DNA from: Candidatus Krumholzibacteriia bacterium
Lineage (GTDB): Bacteria > Krumholzibacteriota > Krumholzibacteriia > WVZY01
Assembly: GCA_036478295.1 (NCBI GenBank)
Contig: JAZGDW010000295.1
Coordinates: forward strand, 1 to 17,565
Length of the DNA: 17,565 nucleotides
Direction: 5' to 3'
Positions 1-9,800 of the stretch are shown piece after piece. Numbering within the stretch: the first letter of the stretch is position 1; the number at the start of each line of letters is the position of its first letter. The notes below the pieces were generated by a model, which saw nothing but the letters and a program-made list of their open reading frames with translations, was not told where the DNA came from and did not search any database. A program made the translations under genes and the position numbers.

Positions 1-862
1 CCAGCTCTTTCGCGGCCAGCCTCTTGTCGCGCAACAGTCTCTTCGCCGTCGTGGCGGCGCCGCCCGGTGAGAGAAAATAGACCTCCGATCCCCGCGCGCT
101 CCGGCGCGGCGCGGAGTTGAGATGGACGCTAACGAAAATATCGGCGTCCTTCTGCTGGGCGATCTTGCTCCGCCGCGGCAGTGAAATGAAAACGTCTTTG
201 GTGCGGGTGAGGACTGCTTTGTATCCTGGCTGCTCGTTTATCTCACGCGCCAGGCGCCGGGCGATGTCGAGAGCGGCACGCTTCTCGACGATACGGTGAC
301 CTCGTGTGCCGGGATCGGTGCCACCGTGTCCCGCGTCGATGGCCACCACCAGGTCGCGCCTCTTGGTGGTCCTCCGGACCGCTGTCCCCGCCCCGGCGGT
401 CTTGACCGGGCCTTTGGCGGTGCTGGCCAGCTTCGTTACCGGCGTCGTAGCGGGCGTTAGGACGTCAACCACGATACGGTTGGGCATGTTCTCGACCGCG
501 GCGAGAAAAAAGTCCGCCCAGGTTGCCTTGTGGTTCAGGTCGAGAACGACCTGCGAACCCCAGGACAAGCGATTGACCCTCACGCGTTTCACAAGACTCC
601 CCGCCACGTCGATGGAGCGGACGCTCTTCGCCAGGCGGGTGTTGGGCATGTTGATCGCGATGCGCTCGGGCCGGGCCACCCGGTATATTTTGTAGGAGGT
701 CCGCGCGGACAGGTCGATGACAATGCGGGTCCGGCCCTGCGAGATCGAGTGCCGCACGTCTCGCACCGTCGTCGCCCCGGCCGCGGGACTGACCACGGAG
801 CCCGTGCAGAGCAGCAGGGAGACAGCGACTGAGATTCTTGGGCAGGATGCGATGCGTTTCAC
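1..862 (-). CDS. amiC: N-acetylmuramoyl-L-alanine amidase (signal peptide + AMIN domain + Amidase_3), 3' end outside the window
   Basis: Not in the ORF track because it has no stop in the window; translated by hand from GTG at 862 behind GGAGG: MKRIASCPRISVAVSLLLCTGSVVSPAAGATTVRDVRHS...RTRIVIDL...PNRIVVDV...VVAIDAGHGGTDPG...VEKRAALDIA...LTRTKDVFISLPRR...ADIFVSVHLNS. Has the Amidase_3 zinc motifs (DAGHGG, EK, SVHLN) and AMIN-type RIVID repeats. Confidence 0.92.
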   Translation of the reverse strand, partial: MKRIASCPRISVAVSLLLCTGSVVSPAAGATTVRDVRHSISQGRTRIVIDLSARTSYKIYRVARPERIAINMPNTRLAKSVRSIDVAGSLVKRVRVNRLSWGSQVVLDLNHKATWADFFLAAVENMPNRIVVDVLTPATTPVTKLASTAKGPVKTAGAGTAVRRTTKRRDLVVAIDAGHGGTDPGTRGHRIVEKRAALDIARRLAREINEQPGYKAVLTRTKDVFISLPRRSKIAQQKDADIFVSVHLNSAPRRSARGSEVYFLSPGGAATTAKRLLRDKRLAAKEL

Positions 863-1051
863 CCCAAAATCCTCCGACGACCCTGACGGGCACCGATACC
901 CGGTCTGTTCCGGGCGGTACCGGCCGGGATCCGTCCCGACACGCCAAGCTCAACGGACTCAAGCGCCTCCAAAGAGGCTCGATCAGAAGCCCGGCGCATC
1001 TATGGAAAATAGACCAGGGGCAAAACGCTTGGCAAGAAAATATTTACAGGG

Positions 1052-1993
1052 CTAGTCAGTGACTTCTTTGCCCGAGAGGACGTAGGCCAGGGGGTTGTGC
1101 TTGCGTCCGTCTTTGAGCACTTCGTAGTGGAGGTGGGTCGCGGTGGATTTTCCCGATGAGCCGACACGCGCGATAACGTCACCACGCTTCACGCGTTGAC
1201 CCTTCTTGACCAGAATCTTCGAGGTGTGAGCGTAACGCGTCACCAGACCGAACCCGTGAGAGATCTCGACGGTCAGGCCGAAAGCCGCCCACTTGCCAGC
1301 GAAGGTCACCACCCCATCGCCCGTCACAAGAATCGGGGTGCCGAGACGGGCCGAATAATCGACGCCGTAGTGGTTCGACGCGCGCCCCGTGATGGGATCC
1401 ATGCGGCGCCCGAACCGGCTGGACAGGTACCCTCTCGGAACCGGCCGGATCGACGGTGTGGCGTTCAGCCGCTTGTGCCTGTCGGAGAGGTGGCTGATAA
1501 TCTGGCCGTAGCTCTCCCGCTGGAGTTTCGCCTGCCGGACAAGCTTGTCGATATCCGCCTTGAGCCCGCTGACCGTTCCACGGGTTTTGTCATCGAGCAT
1601 GGACAGCGAGCGGACGTAGCCATAGTTCGGCCCACCAACGCCGACCTCGGCGATGTCTTCACTCATATCCTCCAGGTTGGCAAGGATGCGGGCTTTCTTC
1701 TGAAAATCGAAGTTTTGCTGGACGTGGTGCTCGAGTGCTCCGACCTGCTGCTGGAAATCCGTGAGCTGTCCCCTGAGCAGTCTGTTCTCTCGCTCCAGCC
1801 TCGAGACGCGGTAGGTATCTGTCAGATTCGACGAGTACTTGAGCAACACCACGGCACTCATCACCATCAATAACGCGATAGTTCCGAAAAGGCTGAATAC
1901 GAGCCACCTCCGAATACGGACAGTCTTGAGCCCGTCGTTCTCGGCCGGGACGTACATGAAGGTGAAATATCTATTGGCGTGGTTCATGGACAT
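1052..1993 (-). CDS. M23-family peptidoglycan DD-metalloendopeptidase with N-terminal TM helix and coiled coil
   Basis: HYGVD (HxxxD), TRYAH and TATHLHYEV (HxH) zinc motifs are intact; single TM segment WLVFSLFGTIALLMVMSAVVLL. Start uncertain (ATG 1993 or 1987; the track uses TTG 2002). Confidence 0.93.
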   Translation of the reverse strand: MSMNHANRYFTFMYVPAENDGLKTVRIRRWLVFSLFGTIALLMVMSAVVLLKYSSNLTDTYRVSRLERENRLLRGQLTDFQQQVGALEHHVQQNFDFQKKARILANLEDMSEDIAEVGVGGPNYGYVRSLSMLDDKTRGTVSGLKADIDKLVRQAKLQRESYGQIISHLSDRHKRLNATPSIRPVPRGYLSSRFGRRMDPITGRASNHYGVDYSARLGTPILVTGDGVVTFAGKWAAFGLTVEISHGFGLVTRYAHTSKILVKKGQRVKRGDVIARVGSSGKSTATHLHYEVLKDGRKHNPLAYVLSGKEVTD

Positions 1994-2012
1994 GCTCACC
2001 AAATTACCGGAT

Positions 2013-2041
2013 AGGCTACGGAGCTAAGCTGCTTTTGTCAA
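2013..2041 (-). promoter_or_regulatory. sigma-70-type promoter for the M23 gene
   Basis: Minus strand TTGACA (2041-2036), 17-nt spacer, TAGCCT (2018-2013), just upstream of the start codon. Confidence 0.7.
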
Positions 2042-2100
2042 GGATATTATCCATCGTCCCCTGGTAGGGAGCAAGGATTATACCAGGAACTTGGCCGTTG

Positions 2101-2141
2101 AAAAATAACAGGTTACCGGGTTTCTAACCCCGGTAACCTGT
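2101..2141 (-). terminator. Intrinsic terminator after the sigma factor gene
   Basis: Perfect 13-bp stem ACAGGTTACCGGG (2108-2120) / CCCGGTAACCTGT (2129-2141), 8-nt loop, followed on the minus strand by TATTTTT. Confidence 0.85.
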
Positions 2142-2183
2142 CGCTGGGCGTTGCACGCGTCGCTGATTGGGAATTTCTGGCCG

Positions 2184-3059
2184 TCAGGCCTCGATGTACC
2201 CCTTGAGGTATTTGGACCTCGATGAGTGACGGAGCCGCATGATGGCTTTTTCCTTGATCTGGCGGATGCGCTCCCTCGTGAGAGCGAGTTTCTTGCCGAT
2301 TTCTTCCAGAGTCATCGGTTGTTCCCCGCCATTCAGCCCGAAATAAAGGCTCAGAATAAGTTTTTCCCGTTCGGAGAGGGTGTTCAACGCTTTCTCCATG
2401 TCGTCGCTCAGCGCGTGCTCGAAGGTCTGGTCGTCGGGCATCCTCGCCTTGTCATCCACCAGGTAGTCGACCAGCGCGTTATCGTCCTGGTCGTTCGAGT
2501 AGGGATCGTCCAGAGACACGTGCGTGTTGGCGATGTGCATGGTGTCTTTGACTTCCGTCTCGGAAATCTTCAGCTTTTTGGCAATTTCTTCGGCACGCGG
2601 CGCACGGCCCAGTTCCTGATCGAGCTGGCGCGACGCCTTGCCGATTCGGTACAGCGTGCCGGCGCGGTTGAGCGGAAGGCGCACGATCCGCGAGTGTTCC
2701 GCCAGCGACTGCAGCATCGCCTGCCGGATCCACCACACCGCGTAGGAAATGAACTTGTAGCCGCGCTTTTCGTCGAAACGATGTGCGGCCTTGATCAAAC
2801 CAAGGTTACCGTCGTTGATCAAATCCTCGAGTGACAGGCCCTGATTTGCATACTGCTTGGCGATAGAAACCACGAAGCGCAGATTCGCCTTTACCAACTG
2901 ATCCAGCGCTCCCTCTTCACCTTCGCGAATACGGCGGGCAATTGCCTGTTCCCCTTCTCGCGACAGGAGCGGCGTCTTGTTGATCTCGTGCAGATAGAGA
3001 TCGAGACTACGGTTGCCGTTGTAGCTCTGTTTCTTTTCGCCCTTGTCGTTCTGCCTCAT
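2184..3059 (-). CDS. RNA polymerase sigma-70 factor, RpoD/SigA/RpoS-like, lacking region 1.1
   Basis: Region 1.2 SLDLYLHEINKTPLL; region 2 ANLRFVVSIAKQY, GNLGLIKAAHRFD, KFISYAVWWIRQ; region 4 TLEEIG...TRERIRQIKEKA. ATG 3059 behind AAGGA is preferred over ATG 3086. Confidence 0.95.
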   Translation of the reverse strand: MRQNDKGEKKQSYNGNRSLDLYLHEINKTPLLSREGEQAIARRIREGEEGALDQLVKANLRFVVSIAKQYANQGLSLEDLINDGNLGLIKAAHRFDEKRGYKFISYAVWWIRQAMLQSLAEHSRIVRLPLNRAGTLYRIGKASRQLDQELGRAPRAEEIAKKLKISETEVKDTMHIANTHVSLDDPYSNDQDDNALVDYLVDDKARMPDDQTFEHALSDDMEKALNTLSEREKLILSLYFGLNGGEQPMTLEEIGKKLALTRERIRQIKEKAIMRLRHSSRSKYLKGYIEA

Positions 3060-3109
3060 GGCGTCTTCCTTGGTTAATGGTCCCATACCGTCTGGATATA
3101 TTGCATGGG

Positions 3110-4630
3110 CTAGTCCTTATCCGGAATTACCGGTACGTACGTTGATGTCCTTCCTCGTTTGACGAGGAATGCGATGGGGTCTTTCCTGTCCCTAAGTTTC
3201 TTGGATATTGCCACGTACTCTTTCAAATTCACGACCCGCTGCGAGTACACTTCCGTGATGACGTCTCCCTCACGGATGTCCGCGTCACTCGCCGGGCTGC
3301 CTTCTTCCACCTCCACGACCACAACGCCATCCTGTCCCTGCTCGATCCTGAATCGTGCCCGCACCTCCGCCGAGCGAACGTCGTCGACCTGGATCCCAAG
3401 CCAGCTATCCTTGCTCTGCGACGTCGACGCGACGAGCTCGGGCGGGCTAGGTCTCTCGGTCAGGGTGATCATGACATCCTTCTTCTTTCCTTCGCGGACA
3501 ATCTGGAGCGGGACTTCCGTGCCGACCGGCGTGTTACCGACCATTAGTCGGAACCTCTGCGCATCCCTTACAAGGTTGTCCCGGTACTTCACGATGACAT
3601 CGCGCTTGAGCAGGCCCGCCTCGTCCGCCGGAGAATCCGGGACCACCTCGCGCACCAGGATGCCCTGATGGACCTTGAGTCCCAGTCCCTCCGCCAGGTT
3701 GCGGTTGAGCTCGGCGAGCTGGATGCCCATGAAACCGTACTGGACGCGCCCTTTCGAAATCAGCTGGTCACTGATGTTCTTGGCCATGTTCACCGGGATG
3801 GCAAAGCCGATGCCCTGGCCCGACGGGTTGATCGCCGTGTTGATCCCGATGGCCTCGCCCCTCAGGTTCACCAGCGGCCCACCGCTGTTTCCGAAGTTGA
3901 TCGATGCATCGGTCTGAATATAGTCCTGGTAGTCCGCAGTGCCCCCCATGATGCGCAGGTCGTTACGGCCCTTCGCGCTGATCACGCCCACGGTTACCGT
4001 ACCGGCCAGCTGACCGAACGGGGTGCCGATCGCCATGACCCAGTCGCCCACCATCATCTCGTCGGAATCGCCCAGTTCCACTACCGGCAAGTCCCCCTCG
4101 GCATCGATCTGGATGATCGCGATATCCGTGTGCTCATCCATACCGATCACGGTGGCCTCGTACTCCTTCTCGTCAGGTTTCTGTCCGAGAATCACGGTAA
4201 TCTTTTCCGCGTCCCGAATCACATGATGATTGGTCAGGACACGTCCCTTCTTGTCGATTATGAACCCGCTGCCCCCCCCGCCCAGCTGCCGGCGCGGGCG
4301 CTCGTCATCCGGCACCCTTTCTCTGAAGAAATCAAACGGTCCGAAGCCGTTTTGTCTCCGGCTGCGAGAAGAAGTGCGCTCGGTTCGGATAAACACGACG
4401 GCCGGTCGTACTTTTGCCGCCACGGCGGTAAATGTTGAATGAATACTTCCCGTTTGCGGGATGACCCGTGACTCAACGTCGGCAGATTTTTCCTGGGGCG
4501 ATGAAACGGTATCCGAAGTCACCAGAAGGTTGTACGTGAACCCGCCCAAAAAAAGCGCCGAACTCAACAAGAACAACTTCAGTGACTTACGTAAAGTTAC
4601 CATGCGGGTACTACCTGCATACCTGTTCAT
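3110..4630 (-). CDS. degP: Do/DegP (HtrA) periplasmic serine endoprotease with two PDZ domains
   Basis: GSGFII, TNHHV (His), TDIAII (Asp), IQTDASINFGNSGGPL (Ser), two PDZ domains (GFMGI...DSPA; WLGI...GSPA), N-terminal hydrophobic segment, GAGGA RBS. Confidence 0.95.
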   Translation of the reverse strand: MNRYAGSTRMVTLRKSLKLFLLSSALFLGGFTYNLLVTSDTVSSPQEKSADVESRVIPQTGSIHSTFTAVAAKVRPAVVFIRTERTSSRSRRQNGFGPFDFFRERVPDDERPRRQLGGGGSGFIIDKKGRVLTNHHVIRDAEKITVILGQKPDEKEYEATVIGMDEHTDIAIIQIDAEGDLPVVELGDSDEMMVGDWVMAIGTPFGQLAGTVTVGVISAKGRNDLRIMGGTADYQDYIQTDASINFGNSGGPLVNLRGEAIGINTAINPSGQGIGFAIPVNMAKNISDQLISKGRVQYGFMGIQLAELNRNLAEGLGLKVHQGILVREVVPDSPADEAGLLKRDVIVKYRDNLVRDAQRFRLMVGNTPVGTEVPLQIVREGKKKDVMITLTERPSPPELVASTSQSKDSWLGIQVDDVRSAEVRARFRIEQGQDGVVVVEVEEGSPASDADIREGDVITEVYSQRVVNLKEYVAISKKLRDRKDPIAFLVKRGRTSTYVPVIPDKD

Positions 4631-4746
4631 CGTGCAATCCTCGACTCTGTATGTGACCTGGAGTGCCGTGGGGAGCTTCCTCCATACTTCCCGTGCCGGA
4701 GGAATCTCGTAGTGAGGCCTGGATCCGAGCTATCGGTTCATTCATA

Positions 4747-4775
4747 AGTGTAGACCAAAAAACACACGCTGTCAA
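4747..4775 (-). promoter_or_regulatory. sigma-70-type promoter for degP (and probably the sigma gene)
   Basis: Minus strand TTGACA (4775-4770), 17 nt, TACACT (4752-4747), about 115 nt upstream of the degP ATG. Confidence 0.78.
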
Positions 4776-5197
4776 GCTCCCACAACTGATTTAGTCGCTA
4801 CCGGTTGTTCTGATCACGGCAGCTCCAGCGGAGTACCCGGCCCGATACGCACCACTGCCCCGGGCATTGCGGAAATCTGCAAATTCGCTGCCAACACCCT
4901 CGGCAGCCGGTCCTCCGCCTGTGTTTCTACCCTCTTATACGGCCTCGGGTGCCCGAAGTTCCCCCGGGGCACTCAGGGTTCCTCGAAATCGCCGCTCCGC
5001 CGCCCGTCCTGGGGGCCGCCGTACGGACCGCGCGCGGGCTCGAGCCCGCCGCAGTACCGTGCCGCCACCGTGAAAACGCGGACCATTGCGAAAACGGGGT
5101 TGCCCTCTCTTGCCGTTGTTGATAGAAAGAGGCATTGAAACATCGACCGCTGGTCACCCCGGACTACAGATCGGTGCCCTCGGGCGAAGAGGACAGC

Positions 5198-5944
5198 ATG
5201 GATTCTTACTCGAACATTTCGTCCCGTCAACTCCTGTTCCTGGCTGACACCCATTTTCGCAATCCCCGACTCGAGGCGGAAGCGGAAAGGCGCCGCCGAT
5301 TTATCGGTTTTCTCGAAACAGTACCGGACGGCGCCGCGCTGTTCCTGCTCGGCGATATATTCGACTTCTATTTCGAGTACAGGTCGGTCGTGCTCAAACG
5401 CTACTTCGATATCCTCTACGCGCTGCGCAGGTCCGTCGAACGCGGGGTCGAGGTTCACTTTCTCGGCGGCAACCACGATTTCTGGGTGGGTGATTTCCTC
5501 AGCGAAGAAATCGGCCTCACGTTGCACGGCGGCGACGACATTCTTATCGACAGCCAGGGCAGAAAAATATGCTGCTCGCACGGCGACCTCGTGCTGCCGA
5601 ACGACGGCAGCTACCGCAGGATCCGGGCGATCATCCGCAACCGCCACGTTATCAACGCTGCCAGGCTGCTCCATCCCGATCTAATGAGCGCGATCGCAAC
5701 CCGTATTTCAAGCGGAAGCAAGAACAGAAAGCGCGGTGCGCTGGCTGACATGGCCAATCATCTCTGTGATATCGCACCCGGGGAATTTTTTTCGAAGGGG
5801 AACGACGTCTTCATTATCGGCCACGTACACTACCCCCTGCACCGCGTCTATGACGACCGGGATTTCATGATCGTCGGGGATTGGATCGAGAGCTACACAT
5901 ACGGCAAGCTCGAGGGCGGCAGGCTGAGTCTCGAGAAGGTCTAG
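5198..5944 (+). CDS. lpxH: UDP-2,3-diacylglucosamine diphosphatase (lipid A biosynthesis)
   Basis: Calcineurin-like motifs LADTH, LGDIFDFYFEY, GNHDFW, SHGD, GHVH, GDW. ATG 5198 behind GAGGAC. Confidence 0.88.
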   Translation: MDSYSNISSRQLLFLADTHFRNPRLEAEAERRRRFIGFLETVPDGAALFLLGDIFDFYFEYRSVVLKRYFDILYALRRSVERGVEVHFLGGNHDFWVGDFLSEEIGLTLHGGDDILIDSQGRKICCSHGDLVLPNDGSYRRIRAIIRNRHVINAARLLHPDLMSAIATRISSGSKNRKRGALADMANHLCDIAPGEFFSKGNDVFIIGHVHYPLHRVYDDRDFMIVGDWIESYTYGKLEGGRLSLEKV

Positions 5945-5949
5945 CCAGG

Positions 5950-6879
5950 CTAGATCCGCAACGAGAAGCCAAACCGGTGGCTATCGCCCAGGTCGTTGCT
6001 GATCAACTGAACCGCGTAGTCGAACAGGAATTCGCGGTATTTCACCCCGAGCCCGAAGGTGCCTCCCTGCGAATCGTATCCGCCTTTGAATCCCGCGCGC
6101 AGGTACACGCGTCGCGCGTAGGCGAACTCGATCCCGATGTGCTGCTTGGCGTCGCCGTCATTCGGAATCACCCCATCGAACGCAATAAGAACCGCCCCGT
6201 TCAGCGACGGGTAGTCTCGCTCGAAACTCACCCCGAGCCTCGCGAGGGCGGGCAGGGGAAACTTCGTCCCGGCGAACCGGTCATCGTTGAAACTCATCTT
6301 GGCCCCGATGTTCGACACGGCCGCGGCGAACTTCACACCGGGGATGCGGGTTATGTGATAGAGGCCCGCATCGAACGCCACACCGCTCGCCGTGAAATCG
6401 TCGATGTTCTCGTAGACGAGCTTGGCGACGATCCCCGCGGAGAGGTCGGGCAGGACGTAGCGCGAGAAACCAACGGCGGCGGAAACGTCGTAGGCCGAAA
6501 ACGTCCCCAGTGGTCCAGAGGTCGGTACGTTTATGAACCGTTCCATGTCGTCCATGTACAGCCCCACAAACGCGAGTCCAATCGTCCCGTAGTCCGTCTC
6601 GTGCGTCAACGCAGCCTGCTCTAGCCTGATGGACTGAAAATACTCGTTGTGCATGACGGTGGCGTTCGTGCCGAGAACCGCGGCCATGGCACCGGGATTC
6701 CAGAACACGCTGGTCGCGTCCTTGGCAACGGCGACATACGCTTCTCCCATGCCGGACGCCCTGGCGCCCAGCCCGAAACGCAGGAATAGCGCCCCGGCCT
6801 CACCGGGCTCGCTCGCGGACGACGGGGAAGGAATCAGCCCAACAAGCAGGGCAAACGCAACGTGTCGAAACCGGCACAT
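5950..6879 (-). CDS. PorV/PorQ-family (UPF0164-like) outer-membrane beta-barrel
   Basis: Signal peptide, then the family-typical FL-x-FGLGARASGMGEAYVAVAKDATSVFWNPG, alternating beta strands, FDAG, and C-terminal DYA...LGDSHRFGFSLRI; GGAG RBS. Confidence 0.88.
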   Translation of the reverse strand: MCRFRHVAFALLVGLIPSPSSASEPGEAGALFLRFGLGARASGMGEAYVAVAKDATSVFWNPGAMAAVLGTNATVMHNEYFQSIRLEQAALTHETDYGTIGLAFVGLYMDDMERFINVPTSGPLGTFSAYDVSAAVGFSRYVLPDLSAGIVAKLVYENIDDFTASGVAFDAGLYHITRIPGVKFAAAVSNIGAKMSFNDDRFAGTKFPLPALARLGVSFERDYPSLNGAVLIAFDGVIPNDGDAKQHIGIEFAYARRVYLRAGFKGGYDSQGGTFGLGVKYREFLFDYAVQLISNDLGDSHRFGFSLRI

Positions 6880-6892
6880 AAGGATCTCCCTC

Positions 6893-9800
6893 TCACCTCA
6901 GGATGGCAAAGGTCTTGACGAACGTGTCGGTTCCTCCCGAGCTCTTCACCGACAAGCGCATCAGGTACACGCCGCTCTTGAACCGCGCGATATTTATCAC
7001 TTCGTCGAAAGGCGTCTGGATGGTACCCGATGGATTGGCCAGAAAACTCCGTGACAACACCCGCTCGCCTTCGAGATTGTAAATTCCTACGTCGATGGTG
7101 GCACTTTGGTTGATAACAATCCTGGCGTGGAGCTCGTCACCTCTGACCGGGTTTGGGTAGACAATGAATGAGCTTTCCACCACGACGTTGTTTGCCTTCC
7201 GCAGCGGGTGAGGCTCGCTCACGCGTCCGCGCCGCAGTCCGTCGTGATGGTAGGAGAACCAGAAGCTGGTGGTGAGCGCGCTCGACCCCGGCAGGGTCTG
7301 GAGGGACAGCACCATCTGGTTCGCCGATATGATTATATCAGAAACCGAGTCAAAGGTCTCCAGCAAAGGCACCGATCCCAGGGCAATCAGCGTCAGCTCG
7401 CCGTCGTTGTCCAGGTCCGCGACCGCAGCGGTCGCGCCCATCGAGGCGGGACCGACCCGCGGAAACGTTGCCACCGGCGAGCCGTCCGAGTGATAGCCGT
7501 AAATCGTTCCCTCTCGGGTCGGAAACAGGATGTCCATGCGACCGTCTCCGTCCACGTCGCCGATCAGCGGGCTGTTGAGCCGCGCCTCGAAGCGGAGCGG
7601 TGGGAAACTCCCCACGCTTATCTGGCGAATCGGTTGCGGCCAGTTCGTCGCCAGCCTGCCGTTGTTCTCGAAAAGGTAGAAATAGTCGTTGTCCCACACG
7701 GCGATCTCGAGCGCTCCGTCCCCGTCGACGTCTCCCAGCGCCGGTGACGACGGATTGGTCGATCGCAGGGTAACGATCTCGGTCCTGCGCGGCGGCAAGG
7801 GTGGGGTCGTCAGCGGTGACCCGAGCTGCCCGCCTATCGACCACGCCTGTCCGAAACCACGCGGGGACAGCGTGTGGATCACCAGGCGCCCGTCGGGTAG
7901 CGCCACCACGACTTCGTCGTAGCCGTCCTCGTTGAGATCGCCCACAGCCGGCGCGGACACCGGCGGAAAAGCCGCTCGTAGTGCCCCCAGCGGCGCGAAG
8001 GTCACCGTCTCCACCGTCTGCCCGAAGCCGAACAACGAGATACCGTAGACCCCGCGTACCGTATCCGTCCACGCCGCCACGATACCCGGCACACCCACCT
8101 GCTCCACCCGGCCGTATGAGAGCGGCGCGCAGTATTGCGCCTGAACGTGGAGCGGGGCCGGCGAGATCAACGTCGGCGGTACCTTGAGCCCCCGGTCGTC
8201 CAGGAAGCCGATGAAGATCGAGTCGCCGACACTCTCGACAACGGCAATCTCATTACGTGCATCCCCCGCGACGTCGACGAGCATCGGCGGGGCAGCCAGA
8301 GGCGCACCCTGGTAGAGCACTCCGATGGTGGCTGCATTCCCGTCACCGTCGACTACCTCGGTGCCGTCTCCCTTCCACGCGTAGACGGTGCCGTCCTCGC
8401 TGCAGGCGACGATCTCGTCGTCACCGCCGCCATCGATGTCTCCAAAAGCCGGTGCCCCTCGCCACACGGCGCCGGGCGCCGAGAAAAACGGCTCGATGGT
8501 TGCCGGGTCGAGGTCTTGATCCAGGAACTCCGTCCCGTCCGGACGAAACGCGTACACCCGGCCCGAGTCGGCAAACACGACGATTTCCGTGTCGCCGACG
8601 GCGTCGAGATCAAACGCCGTCGGCGGCTGAAAGGACCCCACATCCGGCCAGCGCACGCGGATGTCCGCGTACGGTCTGGCAAATTCCACGGTGCAGGTCA
8701 TAAAGGAGTCGGCCGCCGAAATATCGCGGATGGTGATTCCGGTGCGCGCGCCGGAGTTGGCCAATGATGAGGGATTGGTACCGGGACCAAACGTCGCGTT
8801 GTGGCCCGCACGAAAACTGTCGAAATGGCTGCCGAATGAAAAACGGTTGTTGCCTCCGACGTCGAGGTCCGGAACACCGTCGGCTTCCTCGAGGTCGACG
8901 CCCTTGCGCGACACAAAGTCGTTGGGTAGAAAGCCGCTCTCAAAATTCGTGCGGATGACGTTTTCGTCTACATGCCACACGTAGACGCCGGAACCCGTGA
9001 GCCCCGGTGGGTTGGTGAACACGGTCAAGAAGAAGTCAAACTCGGCTCCTCCAAGCGAGTCGGTGTTGTCCGGTACCCGGTTGCTGTCGAAATCCGAGAA
9101 CGTAAACATGCCGTCAAAATCCGTATCGTGGACACGGTTCACGACCAGAAAATACTCGCTCTCGGTGATTGGTATTTTCAGACAAGCGGTGTCAAGTGCC
9201 GCGGAGGTGTTGATATCCCGCAGACGAAAGCGGCCGTCTGTGTCCACCAGCAAAGGATCCAGCCACCCGGCGAGGATACGGTTGAAGGCGCTGGGGAACC
9301 CGGGCACGAACCCGTTCACGATGAAGAGGCCGCTGCTCATCAGGTCGAAGTCGCCGACTCCCCGCGAATCGGGAAACCCCGCCGGCGTCGAATCGAAGAG
9401 CGGCACCAGACCGAGGCGGCTGCCGGTAACGAACGCCCAGATGCCCAGCGAACCCACGACGATCCCGTCCTGGTTGGGACTGGCGGGTAAAACCATGAAG
9501 TTGTCCAGCAGAAAGGGCTCTCCACCGAGGCTGTCCGCCGTCTGAAGTCCGGCGACCGTACTGTCGATGAATGCCGCGTCGATGTCGTCCTGGTCCATGA
9601 AAACCGAAAATATCTGCTCGCGCGAGTTGCCGAGGACGTCGGTCTCCTGCCCCGGTCCCGCGTGGAGCAACATGACGGTATCGTAGAGGGAAAAATCTTC
9701 GTCGGCATCCGCGGAGTCGATGACAGATTCCATCATCTCCACCACCCGCCCATCCTGCAGCACCTCGTCACCGTAGTAACCCATGTTCCGCGGCAGCGTG

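Noticed and set aside
465..962. 165-aa minus-strand ORF and plus-strand ORFs in 117-1062
   Set aside because: Shadow frames of the amidase gene, which is in a different minus frame.
1006..1035. Separate sigma-70 promoter for the amidase (TTGCCA-18-TATTTT, minus strand)
   Set aside because: Plausible but too weak a match to call; the amidase may be co-transcribed with the M23 gene.
4973..5674. 233-aa minus ORF and the many other long antisense ORFs (e.g. 1196-1873, 3668-4438, 5881-6624, 10809-11642)
   Set aside because: They lie opposite well-supported genes, are typical of high-GC codon bias and have no motifs.
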